DNA of 64,000 bases from an uncultured Caulobacteraceae bacterium (lineage in GTDB: Bacteria; Pseudomonadota; Alphaproteobacteria; Caulobacterales; Caulobacteraceae): contig CAMTXB010000029.1 in the NCBI GenBank assembly GCA_947085575.1, forward strand, positions 3,241 to 67,240. The letters are read 5' to 3'. Both the position numbers and the translations under genes were made by a program. Under the pieces are notes generated by a model. That model made no database searches, had not been told where the DNA came from, and saw only the letters and a list, made by a program, of their open reading frames with translations. How positions within the stretch are numbered: the first letter of the stretch is position 1; the number at the start of each line of letters is the position of its first letter. Shown here one piece after another: positions 1-8,127 of the stretch.

Positions 1-426
1 GACAAGGAACGTCCTGGCGGCGTGATCGGGACCATCGCCCTGATGATCCTGGCGCCCATGGCCGCAGGCCTTGTGCAGATGGCCATCAGCCGGGCGCGGG
101 AGTACGAGGCCGATCGCGGTGGGGCTGAGATCTGCGGGGATCCGGAGGCCCTGGCCGACGCCCTGCAGAAGATTGAGCACTATGCCCGGGGCACGGTGAA
201 CCTGCCCGCCGAGCGCAATCCGGCCACGGGACCGATGTTCATCATCAATCCCCTGTCGGGCCGGGGCGCAGACAATCTGTTCTCCACCCACCCGGCCACC
301 CCGAACCGGGTGCGGGCGCTGATGGACTTGGCGGGCAAGGTCGCCGCGCCGGTCCAGCGGGCGGCGCGGGCGGTGGGCACCGCCGTACCGATCACCCGGC
401 GGCCAAAGGACGGGCCGTGGGCCTGA
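1..426 (+). CDS. htpX: Zinc metalloprotease HtpX (M48 family), C-terminal part, 5'-truncated by window edge
   Basis: Translation has [16 protein letters not shown] and NLFSTHP...RV motifs typical of the HtpX C-terminus. Confidence 0.9.
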   Translation, partial: DKERPGGVIGTIALMILAPMAAGLVQMAISRAREYEADRGGAEICGDPEALADALQKIEHYARGTVNLPAERNPATGPMFIINPLSGRGADNLFSTHPATPNRVRALMDLAGKVAAPVQRAARAVGTAVPITRRPKDGPWA

Positions 427-470
427 GTCTCGCCCCCGGCCGCTCGTGAGACGGGTGGGGCTCGAGCCCC

Positions 471-1514
471 CTATTCCGCCGGCAGGGTATTCTCTGCCCG
501 CCTGTTGAGCAGCCGGTCGAACTCCGACCAGACGCCGGCCTCCCCATGCCATTGGCCCTTGGTGGCGGCCTTGGAATATTCCGTAGACCGGGCCTCGAAG
601 AAGTTGGCGTGCTCGACCCCTGACAGCATGGATTGCAGCCATGGCAGGGGGTTTTCCTTCACCCCATAAACCTCAGGCAGATGCAGCTGGCGCAGGCGCC
701 AGTCGGCGATGAAGCGGATATAGGCCTTGATATCGGCCGGCGTCATGCCCTGGACCTCGCCGGCCCCGAAGGCCAGGTCGATGAACTTGTCCTCCAGATC
801 CACCACGGTCTTGCAGCAGTCGACAATGTCGTCGGCCACCGACTTGGTGACCACCTTGGTCTCGGCGTTGAAGGCGTGGAACAGCTGGATGATGCCTTCG
901 CAGTGCAGACTCTCGTCGCGCACCGACCAGGAGACGATCTGGCCCATCCCCTTCATCTTGTTGTGGCGGGGGAAGTTCATCAGCATGGCGAAGCTGGCGA
1001 ACAGCTGCAGGCCCTCGGTGAAGCCGCCGAACATGGCCAGCGTCCGGGCGATGTCGGCATGGGAGTCGACGCCGAACTTCTGCATATAGTCATGCTTGTC
1101 GCGCATCTCCTGATAATCCAGGAAGGCGGTGAACTCGGAGTCGGGCATGCCGATGGTTTCGAGCAGCAGGGCGTAGGCGGCGATGTGGATCGTCTCCATA
1201 TTGGAGAACGAGGCCAGCATCATCTTCACCTCGGTGGGTTTGAACACCCGCCCGTAGCGCTCCATATAGTTGTCGTTCACCTCGACATCGGACTGGGTGA
1301 AGAAGCGGAAGATCTGCGTCAGCAGGGCCCGCTCCTTGTCGTTCAGCTTGGCCGCCCAGTCCTTGACGTCCTCGCCCAGGGGCACCTCTTCGGGCATCCA
1401 GTGGACCTGCTGCTGCTTCTTCCAGTAGTCGTAGGCCCAGGGATAGCGGAAGGGCTTGTACGCATAGGAGGGCGTCAGCAGGCCAGGAAGGGAGCTGTGG
1501 GTGGCGTCGGTCAC
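471..1514 (-). CDS. nrdB: Ribonucleotide reductase class I beta subunit
   Basis: W-x-P-E-E motif, FFTQSD, ETIH..AY (radical Tyr), DESLH, NFFE; GTG start at 1514 with GAGGAAG RBS (the ORF-track extension to 1832 is not credible). Confidence 0.95.
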   Translation of the reverse strand: MTDATHSSLPGLLTPSYAYKPFRYPWAYDYWKKQQQVHWMPEEVPLGEDVKDWAAKLNDKERALLTQIFRFFTQSDVEVNDNYMERYGRVFKPTEVKMMLASFSNMETIHIAAYALLLETIGMPDSEFTAFLDYQEMRDKHDYMQKFGVDSHADIARTLAMFGGFTEGLQLFASFAMLMNFPRHNKMKGMGQIVSWSVRDESLHCEGIIQLFHAFNAETKVVTKSVADDIVDCCKTVVDLEDKFIDLAFGAGEVQGMTPADIKAYIRFIADWRLRQLHLPEVYGVKENPLPWLQSMLSGVEHANFFEARSTEYSKAATKGQWHGEAGVWSEFDRLLNRRAENTLPAE

Positions 1515-1607
1515 GGCGTGGCTTCCTCGATGAGCAGACAGAGCTAGGTTCGCACCGATAACGTTATCAGCGATTGGGGTGATCTCCAGGGGACAATCGG
1601 TCGCTAC

Positions 1608-1654
1608 CCCCAATATGTTGTTAACAAAGCGCGACAGGCCACAAGCTGTAGACA
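1608..1654. promoter_or_regulatory. Tandem NrdR boxes upstream of nrdB
   Basis: CAATATGTTG at 1611-1620 and CAAGCTGTAG at 1642-1651, 31 bp apart, matching the NrdR core CWAtATaTWG. Confidence 0.75.
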
Positions 1655-1712
1655 GGCGCCGGAGCAGGCCTTGCGCTCGCGGGCCGCGGCGTTCGGCAAA
1701 GGGGATAGCGGG

Positions 1713-2369
1713 ATGAAGCTCTACACCTACCAGAGGAACTCGGCGGGCGAGCGCGTGCGCATCGCCTTGGGCCTGAAGGGTCTGACCTATGAGTATGTGT
1801 CTGTTCCCGCCATGCCCGAGGGCGCCTACCACCGGATAAACCCCCAGGGGCTGATGCCCGCCCTGGATCTGGGCGAGGGTCAGATCATCGCCCAGTCTGG
1901 CGCCATCCTCGCCTTTCTGGAGGAAACCTTCCCGGACCCGCCGCTGCTCTCCCCAGACCCCTTTCTACGGGCGCAGGCGCGCAGTTTTGCGCTGTTCATC
2001 GCCTCGGAGATGCATGCGGTGACGGTGAGTCGTGTGCGTCGCTTCGTGGCGGAGGGGCTGGGCGCCGGCCCGGCCGGCGAAGCGGCCTGGACCGCGCACT
2101 GGACCCGCGAAGGCCTCGGCCGTCTGGAAGCCATGTTGGCGGAGCGGCGAGACCCCTTCACCTTCTGCTATGGGGAGGCGGCTGGCTGGGCGGACCTGCA
2201 TCTTGTGCCGGCGCTCAGGAACGCACGTCGATTCGACGTGTCGCTAGCGCCCTATCAGCGGCTTCTTGCTGTGGAGTCGGCCTGCATCGGACTTCCGGCC
2301 TTCCGGGCGGCCCGGCCCGAGGTCCAGCCAGACTATGCGGGTGGTGACGCCGCTAGTTCTGGGGCTTGA
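1713..2369 (+). CDS. Glutathione S-transferase, zeta/maleylacetoacetate isomerase-like
   Basis: MKLYTYQRNSAGERVRIALGLKG, NPQGLMP, QSGAI, A(R)PEVQPD C-terminus. Confidence 0.85.
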   Translation: MKLYTYQRNSAGERVRIALGLKGLTYEYVSVPAMPEGAYHRINPQGLMPALDLGEGQIIAQSGAILAFLEETFPDPPLLSPDPFLRAQARSFALFIASEMHAVTVSRVRRFVAEGLGAGPAGEAAWTAHWTREGLGRLEAMLAERRDPFTFCYGEAAGWADLHLVPALRNARRFDVSLAPYQRLLAVESACIGLPAFRAARPEVQPDYAGGDAASSGA

Positions 2370-3204
2370 TGGCGAAGGACAGGGCGACCACCTGATCCTC
2401 CCGGGTTTCCTGGCCCCAGATCATGTGCTGGCCCTTCACCTCGCGGTGCACATAGCCCACCGAGGCCTGGACAGGTCCCTTGCGCCAGCCGACCCCCACA
2501 TGGGCGTCGCCGATCAGGGCGCTGGACGGATCGGTGGACCAGCCGGCCCGGTCCCAGCCGGCTTGATCACGGAGCATGTTGAGGCCGACGGCCCGACCGC
2601 TGGCCGCAGCAAAGAGGTACCAGCGGCCGGCCTCGCCAAAGGCTTCGCCGTCGCGAACCCCCATGGCGTTCAGACGGTCTTCCACCTCGCCGTCGCGGCC
2701 TTGACCCAGACGAATTTCAGCCCCGGCCGCGGCCTGACCGCCCCCGGCCCCGAAACCCAACCCGGCATGGGGCGAGACATCCAGATCATAGGCGCCGGCG
2801 GCAAAGTGCACCGCCCGCGGCCAGTTGCGGACCATGGTGACTTCATAGGCCTGGGGGTCGAATTCGGCCCGTTCCGGGTTTAGGGGCAGGCCGCCGGGTC
2901 CCCGCAGGGGACCGCCGATGCTGACCCTGAGGCTGTCGACCACGGCGCCGCTTGCGGACACCATGGTGGTCTGGCTGGTCCGCCACCGCACGGGGCCCTG
3001 ACCTGTGGCATAGGCTTCCTGGTCGATCAGGGTCTGGATGGGGTCCGGATCGGTGGTCAGGGGCTGCGGCGCAAAGGCCGCATCCATGAGGGCGTAGGCG
3101 GAATGGGTGAACCCGGCGTCGGGTTGCAGCCGGGTTTCGGCGACCGCGCCGGTGGCGGCGGCCCCCATTCCCATCGCCATAATGATCCCGGCCGAGCGTC
3201 TCAT
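2353..3204 (-). CDS. Secreted/outer-membrane protein, probably lipid A-modifier LpxR (DUF2219)-like C-terminal domain
   Basis: N-terminal signal-like segment; beta-rich C-terminus WYLFAAASGRAVGLN...GDAHVGVGW; ATG 3204 with GAGGA RBS. Confidence 0.65.
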   Translation of the reverse strand: MRRSAGIIMAMGMGAAATGAVAETRLQPDAGFTHSAYALMDAAFAPQPLTTDPDPIQTLIDQEAYATGQGPVRWRTSQTTMVSASGAVVDSLRVSIGGPLRGPGGLPLNPERAEFDPQAYEVTMVRNWPRAVHFAAGAYDLDVSPHAGLGFGAGGGQAAAGAEIRLGQGRDGEVEDRLNAMGVRDGEAFGEAGRWYLFAAASGRAVGLNMLRDQAGWDRAGWSTDPSSALIGDAHVGVGWRKGPVQASVGYVHREVKGQHMIWGQETREDQVVALSFAIKPQN

Positions 3205-3386
3205 CCGTTCCTCTTGCGCCATGAAAAGCTGCGAGGTCACATGACATCATTCCATGAAGACTGAATGTCGTGAAGATACTGAGAGTTCCCCGCTGCAACC
3301 TAATGCCGCGGCGTCCGCTGAATCTGACAGAAATTCGGCCGCCCCTGAGACGGAGCGTCCGGATATTCTCCCATGCGGCGAGGGGC

Positions 3387-5267
3387 CTACTGACAGGTCA
3401 GGCATTCCTCATAGTCGGTCCGCTCGTGGGCGGAGGGCTCCGTGGCCGGATGAAGGCTGGCGTCGACCACGGCGGCGCCGGCATGGGAGGCCCGCTGAAC
3501 CGACTTGGAGCGCAGATAGTAGAGCGACTTGCACCCCCGCTCCCAGGCCATCCAGTGCAGCATGTGCAGGTCCCACTTGTCCACGTCGCCTGGCAGGAAC
3601 AGGTTCACCGACTGAGACTGGCAAATGTCAGGGGTGCGGTCGGCGGCCAGTTCGACCACCCAGCGCTGATCGATTTCAAAGGCGGTCTTGAAGATGTCCT
3701 TTTCATCGGCGGTGAGGCCGTCCAGGTGCTGAACCGAGCCCTCATTCTCCAGGATTGTGTCCCAGACCGCCGGCGTGTTGAGGCCCTTTGCCTCCAGCAG
3801 ACGCTCCAGATAGGGATTCCGGACCGCAAAGGTCCCCGACAGGGTCTTGTGCGAATAGATATTGGCCGGGATCGGCTCGATGCCGGCGCTGGCGCCGCCG
3901 CAGATGATCGAGATCGAGGCGGTCGGCGCAATGGCCAGCTTGTGGGAGAACCGCTCCATCACGCCCCGCTCGGCCGCGTCCGGGCAAGGTCCGCGCTCCT
4001 CGGCCAGCTTACGGCTGGCGGCGTCACAATGGCGGCGCAGGTGCTTGAACAGGCGCATGTTCCAGGACTTGGCCAGCGCGCTCTCGAAGGGCACGTTCTG
4101 GGCCTGCAGGAAGGTGTGGAAGCCCATCAGGCCCAGCCCTACCGAGCGCTCGCGGATGGCGGCATAGACGGCATTATCCATCTCGCCAGGGGCGCGGCTG
4201 ATGAAGTCCTGCAGCACATTGTCGAGGAAACGCATCACGTCCTCGATGAAGGTCGGGTGGTCGCGCCATTCCAGGAACTTTTCGGCGTTCACCGAGGACA
4301 GGCAGCAGACCGCCGTACGGTCCCTGCCCAGGTGGTCGATGCCGGTATGCAGCATGATCTCCGAGCACAGGTTCGACTGCCGCACCTTCAAGCCCAGATC
4401 GCGCTGATGCTGCGGCATGGCCCGGTTCACGGTGTCGGAGAAGATCAGATAGGGCTCGCCGGTCTGCAGACGGATTTCCAGGATCTTCTGCCAGAGCGAG
4501 CGGGCATCGACCTCGCGGATGACCTCATCGGTCTTGGGCGAGCGCAGGCCGAACGGTTCACCGGCCCGGACGGCCTCCATGAACTCGTCGGTGATGCTGA
4601 TGCCGTGGTGCAGGTTGAGGGACTTGCGGTTGAAGTCCCCCGACGGCTTGCGGATCTCGAGGAACTCCTCGATCTCCGGATGGTGGACGTCCAGATAGAC
4701 CGCCGCCGAACCCCGGCGGAGCGACCCCTGGCTGATGGCCAAAGTCAGGGAGTCCATCACCCGGATGAAGGGGATGATGCCGCTGGTCTGGCCAGCGCCC
4801 TTGACCTTCTCGCCGATGGAGCGGACCCCGCCCCAGTAGGTTCCGATGCCGCCGCCATTGGAGGCCAGAGCCACATTCTCGTTCCAGACTCCCTGGATGC
4901 CGTCCAGGCTGTCGCGGACGGCGTTCAGGAAGCAGGAAATCGGCAGACCCCGGTCAGCCCCGCCATTCGACAGCACCGGCGTCGAGGGCATGAACCAGAG
5001 GTTCGAGATATAGTCATAGATGCGCTGGGCGTGATCGGCGTCGTCGGCGAAGGCCGTAGCCACCCGGGCGAACATGTCCTGGTAGGATTCGCCGGCCAGC
5101 AGATAGCGGTCCTCCAGGGTCGTCTTGCCAAAGTCGGTCAGCAGGGCGTCACGGCTACGATCCACCACCACCTTCCGGACCAGTTGGAGCTGGGGCCGCT
5201 CAGCACGGTTTTGCGCCGCCGAAGCCGCTTCAGAAACCTTCAACATCGCCGCTTCACTGCCGCTCAT
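3387..5267 (-). CDS. nrdA: Ribonucleotide reductase class I alpha subunit (no N-terminal ATP cone)
   Basis: PSTP, ISCF, QSNLCSEI active-site loop, IAPTASIS, YY pair, C-terminal CLTC. Confidence 0.96.
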   Translation of the reverse strand: MSGSEAAMLKVSEAASAAQNRAERPQLQLVRKVVVDRSRDALLTDFGKTTLEDRYLLAGESYQDMFARVATAFADDADHAQRIYDYISNLWFMPSTPVLSNGGADRGLPISCFLNAVRDSLDGIQGVWNENVALASNGGGIGTYWGGVRSIGEKVKGAGQTSGIIPFIRVMDSLTLAISQGSLRRGSAAVYLDVHHPEIEEFLEIRKPSGDFNRKSLNLHHGISITDEFMEAVRAGEPFGLRSPKTDEVIREVDARSLWQKILEIRLQTGEPYLIFSDTVNRAMPQHQRDLGLKVRQSNLCSEIMLHTGIDHLGRDRTAVCCLSSVNAEKFLEWRDHPTFIEDVMRFLDNVLQDFISRAPGEMDNAVYAAIRERSVGLGLMGFHTFLQAQNVPFESALAKSWNMRLFKHLRRHCDAASRKLAEERGPCPDAAERGVMERFSHKLAIAPTASISIICGGASAGIEPIPANIYSHKTLSGTFAVRNPYLERLLEAKGLNTPAVWDTILENEGSVQHLDGLTADEKDIFKTAFEIDQRWVVELAADRTPDICQSQSVNLFLPGDVDKWDLHMLHWMAWERGCKSLYYLRSKSVQRASHAGAAVVDASLHPATEPSAHERTDYEECLTCQ

Positions 5268-5322
5268 CGCCAAAACCCATTACTTTCAGGGGCTTCAGGC
5301 CCATGCCCGAAAATCGCCCCCC

Positions 5323-5370
5323 CCGCTACATATAGTAGCTGCCCCACCCCGGGACACCACAATATGGGGC
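5323..5370. promoter_or_regulatory. Tandem NrdR boxes upstream of nrdA
   Basis: CTACATATAG at 5326-5335 and CACAATATGG at 5358-5367 (32 bp spacing). Confidence 0.75.
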
Positions 5371-5426
5371 CACAGTGCCTAATGACTCGTCAACGGGCTG
5401 AGGGGGTTCGCCCCCAGGGATTTTCG

Positions 5427-5442
5427 TTAACGCGGTCTTAAC
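5427..5442. promoter_or_regulatory. CtrA full site TTAA-N7-TTAAC
   Basis: TTAA cgcggtc TTAAC, an exact match, rare in GC-rich DNA. Confidence 0.75.
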
Positions 5443-5595
5443 GGCAGGAGGCCGAACACTGATCCTGCTGGGGTTTCCGCTGCAGGACCCCAAGTCGCTC
5501 ACAAGACTGTGACAATAGCTCCGTCCTCCCCCACAGATCACGCTCGCCTTCGGCGCTCATGGCTTGTCTTCCCGGCGGCGGCCGTTCAAGGTCAC

Positions 5596-5718
5596 CGCGT
5601 CATTGGGGAGTAGCCGCCCGCAACTCCAGCGGGGAACGCGTCAACACACTTATCTGCGGCCGCTGGTCTCGGATATGGCGCGTTCGGTCCACCGGACTTG
5701 GCAAGACCTTTGGCGTTC
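5596..5718 (+). ncRNA. yybP-ykoY manganese riboswitch
   Basis: TGGGGAGTAGCC ... GTCAACACA ... TGGCGCG ... GGCAAGACC hallmark segments directly upstream of a UPF0016 gene; boundaries approximate. Confidence 0.85.
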
Positions 5719-5790
5719 GCGCGTCGGCCATGCGGGGTCGGGGGCGTTGATCGCCATGGGTTTGCCGTCCGACCCCGCCGGAACACCACC

Positions 5791-6354
5791 TTGGACGCCT
5801 TCCTTATCTCCACTGGCCTCGTGGCCATCGCCGAGATCGGCGACAAGACCCAGTTGCTGGCCCTTCTGCTGGCCGCAAGGTTTCAACGCCCCTGGCCGAT
5901 CATCGCCGGGATCTTCATCGCCACCCTGGCCAACCACGCCTTGGCGGCCGGCCTGGGCGCCGTGGCGGCGGCCTGGCTCCAGGGCCCCTGGATGAGATGG
6001 GCGCTCGGCGGACTGTTTCTGGCCTTCGCCGCCTGGGCCCTGATCCCTGACAGGCTGGAGGATGGGGAAGCGCCGGCTCACCGTGCGGGGGCGTCGATCT
6101 TCTGGACGACCACCGTCGCGTTTTTCCTCGTGGAGATGGGAGACAAGACCCAGATCGCCACCATCGCCCTGGGGGCGCAGTTCAAGGACGTGCTGCAGGT
6201 GTCGGCGGGCACGACGCTGGGCATGATGCTGGCCAATGCCCCTGTGGTGCTGGCGGGTCAGGCCCTGGCCGGACGGGTCCCGCTCAATCTCGTCCGTGGC
6301 CTTGCCGCGCTCGCCTTCGCCCTGATCGGCCTCTGGATCCTGATCTTCAGCTGA
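5791..6354 (+). CDS. TMEM165/GDT1 (UPF0016) family putative Mn2+ exporter
   Basis: Two E-x-G-D-K-T-Q motifs (AEIGDKTQ, VEMGDKTQ), about 6 TM segments; TTG start at 5791. Confidence 0.92.
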   Translation: MDAFLISTGLVAIAEIGDKTQLLALLLAARFQRPWPIIAGIFIATLANHALAAGLGAVAAAWLQGPWMRWALGGLFLAFAAWALIPDRLEDGEAPAHRAGASIFWTTTVAFFLVEMGDKTQIATIALGAQFKDVLQVSAGTTLGMMLANAPVVLAGQALAGRVPLNLVRGLAALAFALIGLWILIFS

Positions 6355-6370
6355 TCCTCGCCCGAACGAA

Positions 6371-6398
6371 AGGAGCCCGGCCTTGCGGCCGGGCTCCT
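6371..6398. terminator. Hairpin terminator between convergent genes (best fit: ompA, minus strand)
   Basis: AGGAGCCCGGCC-ttgc-GGCCGGGCTCCT 12-bp stem with an A-rich 5' flank. Confidence 0.7.
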
Positions 6399-6433
6399 CA
6401 TAGATCGACTGATCAGTCGGTTCGAAATCGAAA

Positions 6434-7621
6434 TCAGAAGTTGATGTCGATGGTCGAACGACGGTTCAGCGGTTCCTTCACGCCATCGCCGGTGGAGACA
6501 GCCAGTTGGCTCTCACCCTTCCAGTCGACCTGCAGGGCGCCCTGGTTGACGCCCATGCCGACCAGCTGGTCGGCCACGGCCTTGGCGCGACGTTCCGACA
6601 GGCGGACGTTGTACGCCGGCGAGCCGGAGGAGTCGGTGTGGCCGATCACGACGACCCGGGTGGCGGAGCCGCCCTGGGCGTAGTTAGCCGCCTCGGAGAC
6701 CACGGCCTGAGCTTCCGGCGTCAGAATGTACTGATCGAACGGGAAGTAGACCACGAACTGCCGGGCTTCATACGCCGGCGGAGGCGGCGGAGGCGGGGGC
6801 GGGGGGGGCGGCGGAGGCGGCGGGGGCGGCGGGGGCGGGGGAGGCGGCGGCGGCGCAGCGAAGGAATAGCGCAGGCCGACGGTCACCGCCTGATCGCGGT
6901 AGTCGCCATTGAACTCGCCGGGCTGAACCGCAGCGCTGCCACGGGAGGCGAATTCGAGATCCGATCCCCCGAGATAGCGGTAGGTCAGGTCGACATTGAG
7001 ACGCTCCGAGGCGCTCCAGGCCAGGCCGGCCAGCAGCTGATAGGCCAGGGCGGTGTTGTCATCGTCGATGGTCAGGTTCTGGATCGACGGGTTGGCCACC
7101 GTGAACGGACCGTTCATGGTCGCGAACTGGCCGACCACGTCCATCTTGACGTGATTGACGCCGACGCCGACGCCGACGAACGGATTCAGCACGGCGCCGG
7201 GGGCGATGTCATAAATGACATTACCCATGAGGGTCCAGGACTCGACGTCGCCATTGGGCGAGCCGCACCGGGGAGCGCCGGCGGTCCGGACAACGCCGGG
7301 GGTGCAGAGACCTGCGAACGAACCCGGGGCGCCGCGGACGCTTGAGATGTCGCCAGGGCGATAGCCGCCTTCGAGCTCGACCCGCCAGTTGGGGTTCAGG
7401 CGATAGCCAAGACGGGCAAAGCCAGCCCAGTCGTCAGACTGGTTGAATTCCCAGTTATACGGAACGCCGCCGGGGCCGTTGTTGGCCGAGCCGGTTTCCA
7501 TGCTATGGGGCCAGTGGTAGCCCAGGTCCGCCGCGCCGTACCAGCCGGCGTCTTGCGCCGAGGCGCCCGATGCGGCGAAAACCGCAGCCAAGGCGGCCCC
7601 TGCCAGGAGTTTGAATTTCAT
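6434..7621 (-). CDS. OmpA family outer membrane protein (beta-barrel, poly-Pro linker, OmpA_C domain)
   Basis: Signal peptide MKFKLLAGAALAAV..ASA; GHTD...YN..LSERRA..V and NRR motifs; 26-Pro linker. Confidence 0.93.
   Translation of the reverse strand: MKFKLLAGAALAAVFAASGASAQDAGWYGAADLGYHWPHSMETGSANNGPGGVPYNWEFNQSDDWAGFARLGYRLNPNWRVELEGGYRPGDISSVRGAPGSFAGLCTPGVVRTAGAPRCGSPNGDVESWTLMGNVIYDIAPGAVLNPFVGVGVGVNHVKMDVVGQFATMNGPFTVANPSIQNLTIDDDNTALAYQLLAGLAWSASERLNVDLTYRYLGGSDLEFASRGSAAVQPGEFNGDYRDQAVTVGLRYSFAAPPPPPPPPPPPPPPPPPPPPPPPPPPAYEARQFVVYFPFDQYILTPEAQAVVSEAANYAQGGSATRVVVIGHTDSSGSPAYNVRLSERRAKAVADQLVGMGVNQGALQVDWKGESQLAVSTGDGVKEPLNRRSTIDINF
6776..6853 (-). repeat. CCN repeat encoding 26 consecutive prolines
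   Basis: 78-nt (CCG/CCC/CCT)n tract in ompA. Confidence 0.9.
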
Positions 7622-7975
7622 ATTATGAGCCCTCTTCATGCCCTCTGCTGCGGCCATATGACCCAGCAGCGTTATAGCAAGGCCGCCGGGATCGGAAAGT
7701 GTCGCCAAGGCAACACCGCTCCGCAATCCTGCGGCCCATGGGTTGAGTATCGCGAGAAAGTCCTAGCCGTCCCCTTCCCTTAACCCCGGCGCGCATCCTC
7801 CGCCTAGGAGGATGTCATGGGGAACCCTCGCCTGCCCCCATCGGCCGCCGGGCCGACAATCATCACTTCGGCTTCAACCAAGGCGCCGCCTTGCCGTCAA
7901 AGCCTGAACTGGTCACCGGGCGCCTGGCCCAAAAGGACCACAGCACCCGACGCTAGACCTAAGCCATAGGGCCGT

Positions 7976-8000
7976 AACGTCGATACCGGCGGATGGTTCC
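7976..8000 (-). promoter_or_regulatory. Putative SigT/EcfG promoter
   Basis: Minus strand GGAAC-catccgccggtatcga(16)-CGTT. Confidence 0.55.
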
Positions 8001-8127
8001 TCGCAAAAGGTCCGCCCGGAGAAATTCCAAGCCCATTCATCTACTATTAGAGGAATGTTGCAGGCCTGGGGGGAAAATCGCAATGCCCTTCGCGTCGGAG
8101 TGGAGAAAGGGCCGCCACCTACTCGCC

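Noticed and set aside
1515-1832. 105-aa N-terminal extension of NrdB in the ORF track
   Set aside because: Overlaps the NrdR boxes and the divergent GST; a good RBS plus GTG exists at 1514
5498-5515. TCACA-N4-TGTGA inverted repeat / Pho-like element upstream of nrdA
   Set aside because: Wrong orientation and spacing for CRP/FNR and only a partial Pho match; cannot be assigned
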